Shown: piece by piece, positions 50,113 through 62,715 of the stretch | Layout: each line of letters begins with the position of its first letter | How positions within the stretch are numbered: the stretch's first letter is position 1 | NCBI GenBank assembly: GCA_002269645.1 | Contig: NIVC01000158.1 | Coordinates: 248,001 to 312,000 of the forward strand | Length of the DNA: 64,000 bases | Direction of reading: 5' to 3' | Source of the DNA: Macrostomum lignano | Lineage: Eukaryota | Made by a program: the position numbers and the translations under genes | The notes under the pieces: generated by a model | Databases searched by the model: none | Told to the model about the DNA's origin: nothing | The model's input: only the letters and a program-made list of their open reading frames with translations

Positions 50113-51566
50113 CTGTTATCTGACAAGTTTTGTTCCACATCACACCGGCGCCGTCAATAAACAGATTATGTGATAGCCGTAGAGCACTGCGCATGCAGTT
50201 TTCTAAAGTTTCAACTCACTGATGATTGATGATCAATGCTACAGTTGATAATATCATGGACTTTGTCCGTGGTTAATATACAGTCAAGGACCACTAGTAG
50301 TATATTAGTATGCTATTTAGGGGCTACACGTTTACCCTTAATTTAAAATTCCTATTACAACTGGAACTCGTATAATGCATTTTACAACTCCACCCAGTAC
50401 ATAACACTTACATGCATAATCCATGTCCGCATGCACCATCGACTTTTCTATGTAAAAAATTGAACGAGTTAATTTAGTCGGAAGTATGGAACTATACATC
50501 TACATGTAGCAAAGAAAAAGATCAATTGATAACTGTATAAGTTGACATTGAAATACTGAAATCATTTGATTTATAGTACACATGTACAGCTATATGCCTA
50601 ACCTTCAAAAGCTCACAAATAAAAAATATTTCAATGATTTCTAGACTAGCTAGAACTTATATAGTTAGTATAGTAGAGTCCTTGAACATATTATCTTTGT
50701 TAGATGAACAAGCGCGTCTTGTATAGTAATCAATGAATTTATTGTAAAAGTTCCCAATCGGTTCCCAGGAGCAAAATTGACGCTAGTAGCTATAAGATTT
50801 ACACGTATTTGATCAAAATATGCGATTGCGAGCTGAAGCGCATACATTATGCATACAGTACAAATTAAAATGCCCTGGTACATATGGGCAGCAAATATTC
50901 CTAAAACTGAAAAGACACGAGCCGCAGACTATCTTTAAATATATGATAAGCCCACTTTAATTAAGTTATTGTGTACATGGTGCCCAACAGGAACTGAACC
51001 ACAGAAAGCATTGTTTCCAATAACACCATCGAGGCTTATCATTATATCATACTATAAGAATCAAAGAAAGCATCGAAGTAGAAAACTGCATCTACTACTA
51101 AATAAGTAGTTAGTTAGCATCTAGTGGGGAAGCCGAAAATGCGAAATTTGTTGAGTTTAATAAAGCTGAAACTATACGAGCTAATTAACAGGATATGCTG
51201 ACGCTGATGGGATGTCAGAATTGCGGATGAGGCTGCCCAATCATTGGCATAAATTCCATAGCATTTGTATATGTATATACTCGTATGTATAGTCTAATCT
51301 TGATTGTTTATGAACATTTTTTAGCACCGATTTGAATTGCTTACTTAATCCTTTCAACATTACAAGTTTTAATTATTGATAAATTTAGAAGGCCGATTAT
51401 TAAAAGTCGTTAAACAATTAATCGATTGGATATATTACACACAGAAATTTGTTCTTCGTTAAAATTGAGCGATTTCAGATAAAAAACTCAGTTCTACATC
51501 TGCACGCGTGTACAACTAGAGGACTTGGAAGTGGGGCTGATTTTCAGGATTTGCAACATCTGCCAG

Positions 51567-54500
51567 TTAGCACCTCTCGGCGCCGATGTGCAAGCAGTCA
51601 AGGCTTGTGGCTGACTGGATGTCAGCCGTGGTTGCCTCCGTCTCGAATGTCCACGGCTGCTCTTCAGCCGAGGCGAACACCAAGTAGACAACACCGGCGA
51701 GCACCTGGGTGGCAGCGGCGCTGCTCAGGGCGACCTGCCATTCCAGCTTCACTCGCTCGCTGTTGCCGCTGCTCTGCACGATCAGGGATGCAATTACCGT
51801 TGACATCATGCCTGCGGGATGAGTGTGAGGCTGGGATTGTGAGGCTGGGATTGTGAGGCTGGGATTGTGAGGCTGGGATTGTGATGATGGAATTGGGAGG
51901 ATGGGATTGTGAGGCTGGGATTGTGAGGCTGGGATTGTGAGGCTGGGATTGTGAGGCTGGGATTGTGAGGCTGGGATTGTGAGGCTGGGATTGTGAGGCT
52001 GGGATTGTGAGGCTGGGATTGTGAGGCTGGGATTGTGAGGCTGGGATTGTGAGGATGGGCTTGTGAGGATGGGATTGTAAGGAAAGATTGTGAGGATGGG
52101 ATTGTAAGGAAAGATTGTGAGGATGGGATTGTAAGGAAAGATTGTGAGGATGGGATTGTAAGGAAAGATTGTGAGGATGGGATTGTAAGGAAAGATTGTG
52201 AGGCTGGGATTGTAAGGAAAGATTGTGAGGATGGGATTGTAAGGAAAGATTGTGAGGATGGGATTGTAAGGAAAGATTGTGAGGCTGGGATTGTGAGGCT
52301 GGGATTTTAAGGAAAGGATTGTGAGGATGGGATTGTAAGGAAAGATTGTGAGGATGGGATTGTAAGGAAAGATTGTGAGGATGGGATTGTAAGGAAAGAT
52401 TGTGAGGATGGGATTGTAAGGAAAGATTGTGAGGATGGGATTGTAAGGAAAGATTGTGAGGATGGGATTGTAAGGAAAGATTGTGAGGCTGGGATTGTGA
52501 GGCTGGGATTTTAAGGAAAGGATTGTGAGGATGGGATTGTAAGGAAAGATTGTGAGGCTGGGATTGTGAGGCTGGGATTTTAAGGAAAGGATTGTGAGGA
52601 TGGGATTGTAAGGAAAGATTGTGAGGATGGGATTGTAAGGAAAGATTGTGAGGAAGGGATTGTAAGGAAAGATTGTGAGGATGGGATTGTAAGGAAAGAT
52701 TGTGAGGATGGGATTGTAAGGAAAGATTGTGAGGCTGGGATTGTGAGGCTGGGATTTTAAGGAAAGGATTGTGAGGATGGGATTGTAAGGAAAGATTGTG
52801 AGGAAGGGATTGTAAGGAAAGATTGTGAGGATGGGATTGTAAGGAAAGATTGTGAGGATGGGATTGTAAGGAAAGATTGTGAGGATGGGATTGTAAGGAA
52901 AGATTGTGAGGATGGGATTGTAAGGAAAGATTGTGAGGATGGGATTGTAAGGAAAGATTGTGAGGATGGGATTGTAAGGAAAGATTGTGAGGATGGGATT
53001 GTAAGGAAAGATTGTGAGGATGGGATTGTAAGGAAAGATTGTGAGGATGGGATTGTAAGGAAAGATTGTGAGGATGGAATTGTAAGGAAAGATTGTGAGG
53101 CTGGGATTGTGAGGCTGGGATTTTAAGGAAAGGATTGTGAGGATGGGATTGTGAGGAAAGATTGTGAGGAAGGGATTGTAAGGAAAGATTGTGAGGATGG
53201 GATTGTAAGGAAAGATTGTGAGGATGGGATTGTAAGGAAAGATTGTAAGGATGGGATTGTAAGGAAAGATTGTGAGGATGGGATTGTAAGGAAAGATTGT
53301 GAGGATGGGATTGTAAGGAAAGATTGTGAGGATGGGATTTTGAGGATGGGATTTTGAGGATGGGATTGTAAGGAAAGATTGTGAGGATGGGATTGTGAGG
53401 ATGGGATTGTGAGGCTGGGATTGTGAGGCTGGGATTGTGAGGATGGGATTGTGAGAATGGGATTGTGAGAATGGGATTGTGAGGCTGGGATTGTGAGGAT
53501 GGGATTGTAAGGATATAGGTATGTGGCGGTCTGAGCTAGGATAGAGACAGGATTCCAGTAGCGATAGAAAATTAGCAAAGCAAAGAAGACAGACTGACTA
53601 AAATGAGAAGTTGCAAGATCAGCTTGTAGTGTGCGTACCTGCTGATTATGCTGACTCCTAACCAATAATCTTGTCAAGGATCCCAACCAAGATGATTCAT
53701 ATCCTTAAGAACTATCTAAGTTCAACTTAGCTACCTGAGTTGCAATCCTACTGTCTCCATCTGCTCAGCAACTATACGTCCAATTCACAGCGGACACTCT
53801 GCAGATCTCCATTTCCGACCGAGTTCTCTGCAGCCAAAATCCTCAGGGAATAATCCCTGACCGGCTTGCTCGCCTATCGTCACCAGCGGGAGGGAGAAAA
53901 TGCAATTTAGGCAAATCATTTGAATCGCCTGCCAGAAATTCCCCCAACCCTCGATATCTCCCTCTCTATAAAACCTTAATCCTTCAGTCTTTCGCGGCCC
54001 TCATTTGGGGCTGGGTGGGACGGAGGCTCTCCTTTGCTCTCCATCATTTCTAGAAGGCGTCCCTCGCAGCCCCTGTAAAGTCACCCCGGTCATCAACGGC
54101 AGAAAAAATGACGGCACCGCCTCTCCGTCAGCTGCAGCTGCGGCTGGAGGCGCGAGACCTTTGAACCAGAATAATGAGATGCGCCGATTGGGTGAACGGC
54201 GCCGCACGGATCAAATGTCGCTCTAGCTGTCACAAGATGAGAAGAAAGTATTCAGGATCTTTGCACTTTTTTGGGGCTGATTTTAAGGCGGCAGCATAGC
54301 ATCGATTCCGAGTAACCTTCATGCTAGTCAGTGCTTGCTTAGGTTTTGCTTTGCATAAATCATTTTGACTGCTGAGTACTGATGAAGCGGACAGACTCAA
54401 CCATAGAGGGAGTGGAGAGGCAGCTTCAACCATAGAGGGAGTGGAGAGGCAGCTTCAACCATAGAGGGAGTGGAGAGACAGAATCAACCATAGAGGGAGT

Positions 54501-57500
54501 GGAGAGACAGAATCAACCATAGAGGGAGTGGAGAGGCAGACTCAACCATAGAGGGAGTGGAGAGACAGACTCAACCATAGAGGGAGTGGAGAGGCAGACT
54601 CAACCATAGAGGGAGTGGAGAGGCAGCTTCAACCATAGAGGGAGTGGAGAGGCAGACTCAACCCTGAGTGGAGAGGCAGATTCAACCACAACGAGAGCAG
54701 ATCAGCCAATCAGCGCCAAGTGAAAAGGATGAAATGGAGGGTGAAGGGTAGGTGAATGTTTATGGCGTAACAACATGGACGTTACACCAAAACAGACTCT
54801 CAGCTTCCAAAAATTACCCGTGAACGTGCTAATACTGTTGGCGAATCCCATGACCAGGCCGGAGAAATTTGGCGCCAAGTCGATGACGTTAACAGCGTAG
54901 CCAGCGACCGCCAGGCCCGAGAAGCCTGCGAGTTGGTGAAGAGTTTTTCATTACGTAAAGTTTGCGCCACTCCAAAAATATTTTGCGCTCAATGCACAGT
55001 TAATAATTATAGTTAGCTACTGTAGTGTACGAGTATTTTTCTGTAAAAACGAGTCTCTAGCGAGATTTGAACAATTTGCGAATGCAGAGTCCAGGAATCG
55101 AGCCCGGGACCTCTGCTCCCGCTGCTCTGTCGATCAGGATCCCTCTGTCTTATCAACTGTTTTGTTTCAACACGCTCGTGCTTCAATCGTGCACTTTTAG
55201 CGTCCCTGCCGTCAAGCGAATACTGGCCGATGAATTGCAATGATTGCTGAGGCATTCATTGAGCACTGCAACTGTTGGAACTGCGGGAAAGGATCGGTTC
55301 GTATAGAGAGAGATGGTAAGCCTCACTATATACATATCAGCATTAAGACAGATGGAGTAGGGAGGCTGGGCAGCCAGAGGTCACGTCAGCCAGTGCCGGA
55401 CGAGAGCCAGTTGAGACGCACGGGAGCGTGACGTTCTGGCAGTGCTGAGAAGTAGCCCTCACGCTGTGCACGGCTGAAGCAGCCTGCAATTCCCGTCTGA
55501 GTTGAGAATATATTATAGCCACAGCTTACTGTTGCCTCGCCTGCGAGTAACTTGGCCTGGCGGGAGTCCAATCCCGTCCAATTAGTGAGCATTTGACCTT
55601 TAATAGCTGGGAATATACCGGTAATTGCGTGAATATTTCATGCCAGCTCCACTCGTAAAATAATGATAATGAGATACTAAATGAGATACTAATTGTGCGC
55701 CAACAAGGCCTTTTTGGCCAATAAGCGCTGGGACACCGGCGGTTTTTGAAGAATTGACGATATTTCTAATCGAAAGTAAACTACTTCGGCGCCAAAATGA
55801 GTGCCTGCGGCGCCAAAATGAGTGCCTGCGGCGCCTAAATGAGTGCCTGCGGCGCTAATATGACTGCTTGCGTCGCCAAAATGACCGCTGACAACACTGA
55901 TTCTGAAAATAATGTACATGTACATGTAGAATTTCTAGCTGTGTCCCCCCTCACCATAAAATCCATGGCGACGCCCCTGGTTGTAGGCAAACTTGCGAAT
56001 GCAAATAAATCAAGACTTCAATCTTATTAGTACAGAGGTTTCTTCAGATCTCTATTTAATTAAAGGTTTTAAAGGTTGTGTGTGCAGCTGAACGTAGGGA
56101 AATTCCCCCCTTAGCAATTTTGACCCCAAACCTAGGGGGGGGGGGGGGGGCGGAGCAGCCCAGCGGTGAACGCGCCTGACTCTCGCGCCACTATCCTTGG
56201 TTCGATTCCGTGAGCAAACACTCATTTGGGGCTTGTGCACGAAAACTAGCGGGGATTGTCTTGCGATTCACAGCCATGAGGGCCCGCCCCGACCGATTAG
56301 AAAGTCTGGGCCGCTGTTTATGAGTGCGTGTGTGAGTATAAGTTTAGCTCACCCAGCGCCATGGACAGCAGCACGGTGGCCCAAATGGCATCGTTGGCGA
56401 AGCCCAAAGCCACGAAGAAGATCGCCTTCAAGCCGAAGCCCAGGCCGGCCAATAGTTTGCGAATTGTTGTCAATCTCAATTGGGTCCGCAGTTTCAGAAA
56501 GTCGGCAAGGCAGCCGCCTGGCAACAAGGTAGGTGATGAGACCGTAGGGAGTCTTTTATGTGATATTAAAAGCTACCATTATTATGAAAAGGGATGCTGA
56601 GTTCTGTAAATTCAGTCACCGTAGGAGCCTTGAGCGGGGAGACGCAGGGGCGTGAGGTTGCTGCAAATGTACAGCCATCAATAGAAGCCTGGGGTGAGGA
56701 GAGGCTGGGGCGTGAAATTGCTGCAAATGTACAGCCATCAATAGAAGCCTGGGGTAAGGAGAGGCTGGGGCGTGAAATTGCTGCAAATGTACAGCCATCA
56801 ATAGAAGCCTGGGGTGAGGAGAGGCTGGGGCGTGAAATTGCTGCAAATGTACAGCCATCAATAGAAGCCTGGGGTGAGGAGAGGCAGGGGTGTGAGGTTG
56901 CTGCAAATGTACAGCAATCAATAGAAACCTGGAGTGGGTAGAGGCTGGGGCGTGAGGCTGCTGCAAATGTACAGCCATCAATAGAAGCCTAGTCTGGAGT
57001 GGTGAGAGGCAGGGGTGTGAGGTTGCTGCAAATGTACAGCAATCAATAGAAACCTGGAGTGGGGAGAGGCTGGGCGTTGAGGTTGCTGCAAATGTACAGC
57101 CATCAATAGAAGCCTAGTCTGGAGTGGTGAGAGGCAGGGGTGTGAGGTTGCTGCAAATGTACAGCAATCAATAGAAACCTGGAGTGGGGAGAGGCTGGGC
57201 GTTGAGGTTGCTGCAAATGTACAGCCATCAATAGAAGCTTGGAGTGGGGAGAGGCAGGGGGCGTGAGGTTGCTGCTATACTAAATGTGATGTGTGTCGAG
57301 ATTAAGATGATAAGCGGTGCAAATTTATCGTTTGTATTTGACGGTTGAATCAGGAATCTTGAGCGCGTAGCTCTAGACGGGGTCTAGAGGGGAAGAAGGG
57401 CTGAAACCGAGAGGGGAGCTCTGCGAAAGAAAGAGTATAGTGCCATGGACTAACTAAACAGCAACAGAACGAAAGTTGAGCGAAGCTTAAGTCACATAGA

Positions 57501-60500
57501 CAGAAAAACAATAATGCACTAACGCTATACTCGTAGGCTGAGCTCTAATGCACAACAAAATGAATAGACTGAATGAACCAAAATCAGACGAGTCTGTATC
57601 AGTGAGCCGGTGCAACCCGTGTGAATGTACGAATCTGTTAGCTTGTCAATAAATAATGCAGCAGTTTATGCATAAATTATATATTATGAAAACCCCAGGG
57701 TGGGAGAGCTGGTAGTCGGAGTGTGGCAGGACAGATGGCGGATATTTAAGGGAGTCAAGTACGCGATCCTCTGATAGCTCCAGTCGAGTTGGCAAGGGGA
57801 ATCCGGTTGGAGAAACAGGGCGCACAGAGTGAAAAAGCATCCGTCCCCCCACCCTATCTCCCTATAATAAGTCCACTGAGCGGCACGGCATGTTCGCCAG
57901 CCGGCTGCTCATTCATTCAGTTAGGTCCAGGCACCTCCAACGTTTATCCCGCCGGTGTCCGCAATGCATAATTCAAGGCAAAGAAGAGACATCAGGGTAG
58001 AGAAAAAGGAAGGTAGACAGAGAGAAACAGATGCTAGTGGAGAAAGAGTGGCCTGAGTAAGCTAGCTAGATCCTGGCACTCCTTTCTGGCGTGGCAGTTA
58101 TCTAATCCCATTAGGTCCTTGGCAGTAAAATGGAGCCTGAGTACACAGAGTGCTTGGCTAATGCGAGCCTGGCTAGCTGTTTGAATGCCGAGCAACATGA
58201 GCTGGGAGTGTGTTCCCTTAATTCTTGCAAGGAATATATCCCGAAGCTTTGCTTACCTTGTATGAGCCATCACACTCATGCAGAATGGGCACTAACTAAG
58301 CTATAGGCCTAAAGTAAAGGCTTGGACTATAGCGATCTGCCCTTTGAAATGCGACACATTGTCAGTGTTTAGAAATCCATCCAGGCATTTCTGCACGAGA
58401 TCTAAAATATTATTTGCAGTTTGACGAGCCCCGCTAGTTGAATAACCGAATTTACTGATCTTATACATAAAAAACAATTTTGCAATATCGAATTGAGAGC
58501 ATCACAGATTTTGATGCCAGAACTGATCTAAGCTGCTGTTTTGTCTATGAGGCCAGTTGAGACTTATTCTGGGATAAGTCGGAGTCCCACAATAATATAG
58601 GGTAACAGATTGAACTGACACCACGAATGCTTCGCAATAAGTTATAAACTATCATCTACATACACGTTATATTGTTTAAAGAGGTTTCTGCAAGTTTACA
58701 GCCATCAATAGAAGCCTGGGTGGGTAGAAAAGAATTGAGATATCAAGCTAGAGCAAAGAGAGCTTAGAGACCAGATCACAGAGACCAGAGCACAGAGACC
58801 AGAGCATAGAGATCAGAGCACAGAGACCAGAGCACAGAGATCAGAGCACAGAGACCAGAGCACGGAGACCAGAGCACAGAGACCAGAGCACAGAGATCAG
58901 AGCACAGAGACCAGAGCACGGAGACCAGAGCACAGAGACCAGAGCACAGAGATCAGAGCACAGAGACCAGAGCACAGAGACCAGAGCATAGAGATCAGAG
59001 CATAGAGACCAGAGCACAGAGACCAGAGCATAGAGATCAGAGCATAGAGACCAGAGCACAGAGACCAGAGCATAGAGACCAGAGCACAGAGACCAGAGCA
59101 CAGAGACCAGAGCACAGAAACTAGAGCACAGAGACCAGAGCACAGAGACCAGAGCACAGAGACCAGAGCACAGAGACCAGAGCACAGAGACCAGAGCACA
59201 GAGACCAGAGCACAGAGACCAGAGCATAGAGATCAGAGCATAGAGACCAGAGCACAGAGACCAGAGCATAGAGATCAGAGCATAGAGACCAGAGCACAGA
59301 GACCAGAGCATAGAGACCAGAGCATAAAGACCAGAGCATAGAGACCAGAGCACAGAGACCAGAGCATAGAGACCAGAGCACAGAGACCAGAGCATAGAGA
59401 CCAGAGCATAGAGACCAGAGCACAGAGACCAGAGCACAGAGACCAGAGCATAGAGACCAGAGCATAGAGACCAGAGCACAGAGACCAGAGCATAGAGACC
59501 AGAGCATAGAGATCAGAGCATAGAGACCAGAGCACAGAGACCAGAGCATAGAGATCAGAGCATAGAGACCAGAGCACAGAGACCAGAGCATAGAGACCAG
59601 AGCACAGAGACCAGAGCATAGAGACCAGAGCACAGAGACCAGAGCATAGAGATCAGAGCATAGAGACCAGAGCACAGAGACCAGAGCATAGAGACCAGAG
59701 CACAGAGACCAGAGCATAGAGATCAGAGCATAAAGACCAGAGCACAGAGACCAGAGCATAGAGATCAGAGCATAGAGACCAGAGCACAGAGACCAGAGCA
59801 TAGAGACCAGAGCACAGAGACCAGAGCATAGAGACCAGAGCACAGAGACCAGAGCATAGAGACCAGAGCACAGAGACCAGAGCATAGAGACCAGAGCATA
59901 GAGACCAGAGCACAGAGACCAGAGCATAGAGACCAGAGCATAGAGACCAGAGCACAGAGACCAGAGCATAGAGATCAGAGCACAGAGACCAGAGCATAGA
60001 GATCAGAGCATAGAGACCAGAGCACAGAGACCAGAGCATAGAGACCAGAGCACAGAGACTAGAGCATAGAGACCAGAGCACAGAGACCAGAGCATAGAGA
60101 CCAGAGCACAGAGACCAGAGCATAGAGACCAGAGCATAGAGACCAGAGCACAGAGACCAGAGCATAGAGACCAGAGCACAGAGACCAGAGCATAGAGATC
60201 AGAGCATAGAGACCAGAGCACAGAGATCAGAGCATAGAGATCAGAGCACGGAGACCAGAGCACAGAGACCAGAGCACAGAGATCAGAGCACAGAGACCAG
60301 AGCACGGAGACCAGAGCACAGAGACCAGAGCATAGAGACCAGAGCACAGAGACCAGAGCATAGAGATCAGAGCACAGAGACCAGAGCACAGAGATCAGAG
60401 CACAGAGACCAGAGCACGGAGACCAGAGCACAGAGACCAGAGCACAGAGACCAGAGCACAGAGACCAGAGCACAGAGACCAGAGCATAGAGATCAGAGCA

Positions 60501-62659
60501 TAGAGACCAGAGCACAGAGACCAGAGCATAGAGATCAGAGCATAGAGACCAGAGCACAGAGACCAGAGCATAGAGACCAGAGCACAGAGACTAGAGCATA
60601 GAGACCAGAGCACAGAGACCAGAGCATAGAGACCAGAGCACAGAGACCAGAGCATAGAGACCAGAGCATAGAGACCAGAGCATAGAGACCAGAGCACAGA
60701 GACCAGAGCATAGAGACCAGAGCACAGAGACCAGAGCATAGAGATCAGAGCATAGAGACCAGAGCACAGAGACCAGAGCATAGAGATCAGAGCACAGAGA
60801 CCAGAGCATAGAGATCAGAGCACGGAGACCAGAGCACAGAGACCAGAGCACAGAGATCAGAGCACAGAGACCAGAGCACGGAGACCAGAGCACAGAGACC
60901 AGAGCACGGAGACCAGAGCACAGAGACCAGAGCATAGAGATCAGAGCACAGAGACCAGAGCACAGAGATCAGAGCACAGAGACCAGAGCACGGAGACCAG
61001 AGCACAGAGACCAGAGCACAGAGATCAGAGCACAGAGACCAGAGCACGGAGACCAGAGCACAGAGACCAGAGCACAGAGACCAGAGCACAGAGATCAGAG
61101 CACAGAGACCAGAGCACGGAGACCAGAGCACAGAGACCAGAGCACAGAGATCAGAGCACAGAGACCAGAGCACAGAGACCAGAGCACAGAGACCAGAGCA
61201 CGGAGACCAGAGCACAGAGACCAGAGCACAGAGACCAGAGCACAGAGACCAGAGCATAGAGATCAGAGCACAGAGACCAGAGCACAGAGATCAGAGCACA
61301 GAGACCAGAGCACGGAGACCAGAGCACGGAGACCAGAGCACAGAGATCAGAGCACAGAGACCAGAGCACGGAGACCAGAGCACAGAGACCAGAGCACAGA
61401 GATCAGAGCACAGAGACCAGAGCACAGAGACCAGAGCACAGAGATCAGAGCACAGAGATCAGAGCACAGAGACCAGAGCACAGAGACCAGAGCACAGAGA
61501 CCAGAGCACAGAGACCAGAGCACAGAGACCAGAGCACGGAGACCAGAGCACAGAGACCAGAGCACGGAGACCAGAGCACAGAGACCAGAGCACAGAGACC
61601 AGAGCACAGAGACCAGAGCACAGAGACCAGAGCACAGAGACCAGAGCACAGAGACCAGAGCACAGAGACCAGAGCACAGAGACCAGAGCACAGAGACCAG
61701 AGCACAGAGACCAGAGCACAGAGACCAGAGCACAGAGACCAGAGCACAGAGACCAGAGCACAGAGACCAGAGCACAGAGACCAGAGCACAGAGACCAGAG
61801 CACAGAGACCAGAGCACAGAGACCAGAGCACAGAGACCAGAGCACAGAGACCAGAGCACAGAGACCAGAGCATAGAGACCAGAGCACAGAGAAGAAGGAC
61901 TATAACAGTGTGGCAGTCGCAGCATACGAACAAACCAAGCGGAATCAGAGTTGCTATTAGAGTGCAGAGGTTCAAAAGAACATTGCGCAACCCAATTAGA
62001 GATGAGAAATAGGTCGAGCGAAGCCACCCAAAATTTCGCTGGAACTCCCCCCCCCACAAAGTCTGCGTAGCCGCATGCAATCAGTGCGGGTGGCTTGAAG
62101 CTATTTTGCATATCTGTTTCCGTCAACAAGGCCAGCAGCTTCAAAGCAGGGCTTCCCATCGTGCGGGCGCAAGTCGCAATATCCATACTGGTCTTTTGTC
62201 TTCTTCCTGTTAATTTATTTTCCTCTGACCCCTCGCATGGTAGCTGGAATTCATAATCTTCTCCTGGACAGGAAAAGGACTGCGGAATCCCAAGCTTTGA
62301 TTAGTGGCCAAGGATTTAAACAAACCCCAGCGCATGAACCCGTGGGCTTCTCACTGCGGGAGATGGCGGTACTGCAGAGAAGGGAGTGGCGATGGAACCG
62401 GGGTTCTTAGACCCAGAAATTTTGGTTGGGAATGTTTTCATGCTCTTTTTGCAACAGAAATGACTGGAACAATGACAAAGTACGCACACCCCGGTGCTCT
62501 TAGCAAGTGGTGCTCATAGGGAAAACTCTCAGCAATATTGTGAGCATAGCACACACACACACACACAGACAGAGAAAGAACTCTAATTACAAATACACAG
62601 GGAAAACATTGAAAGCACTTGGACTGCAAAGAGAATTGGGAAGGGAGTGGAGAGATAGC

Positions 62660-62715
<56 letters not shown>

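Noticed and set aside
51567-51811. A second, separate SLC17 gene
   Set aside because: It is the terminal exon of the gene entering at 64000; phases and motif order join continuously
53123-53686. 187 aa minus-strand ORF as an extra SLC17 exon
   Set aside because: Mostly array translation; exons 54818 and 51811 already join without a gap in homology
54001-54226. GC-rich 68-73 aa ORFs in an SLC17 intron
   Set aside because: No recognisable domain or splice support; possibly a TE remnant
55386-55592. Minus-strand ORF as the missing TM10 exon
   Set aside because: The true exon with DLAPNFSGLVMGFAN is at 54925-54818
58841-62186. Many 100-282 aa LWSLCSGLCALVSV ORFs
   Set aside because: Translations of the 14-bp array
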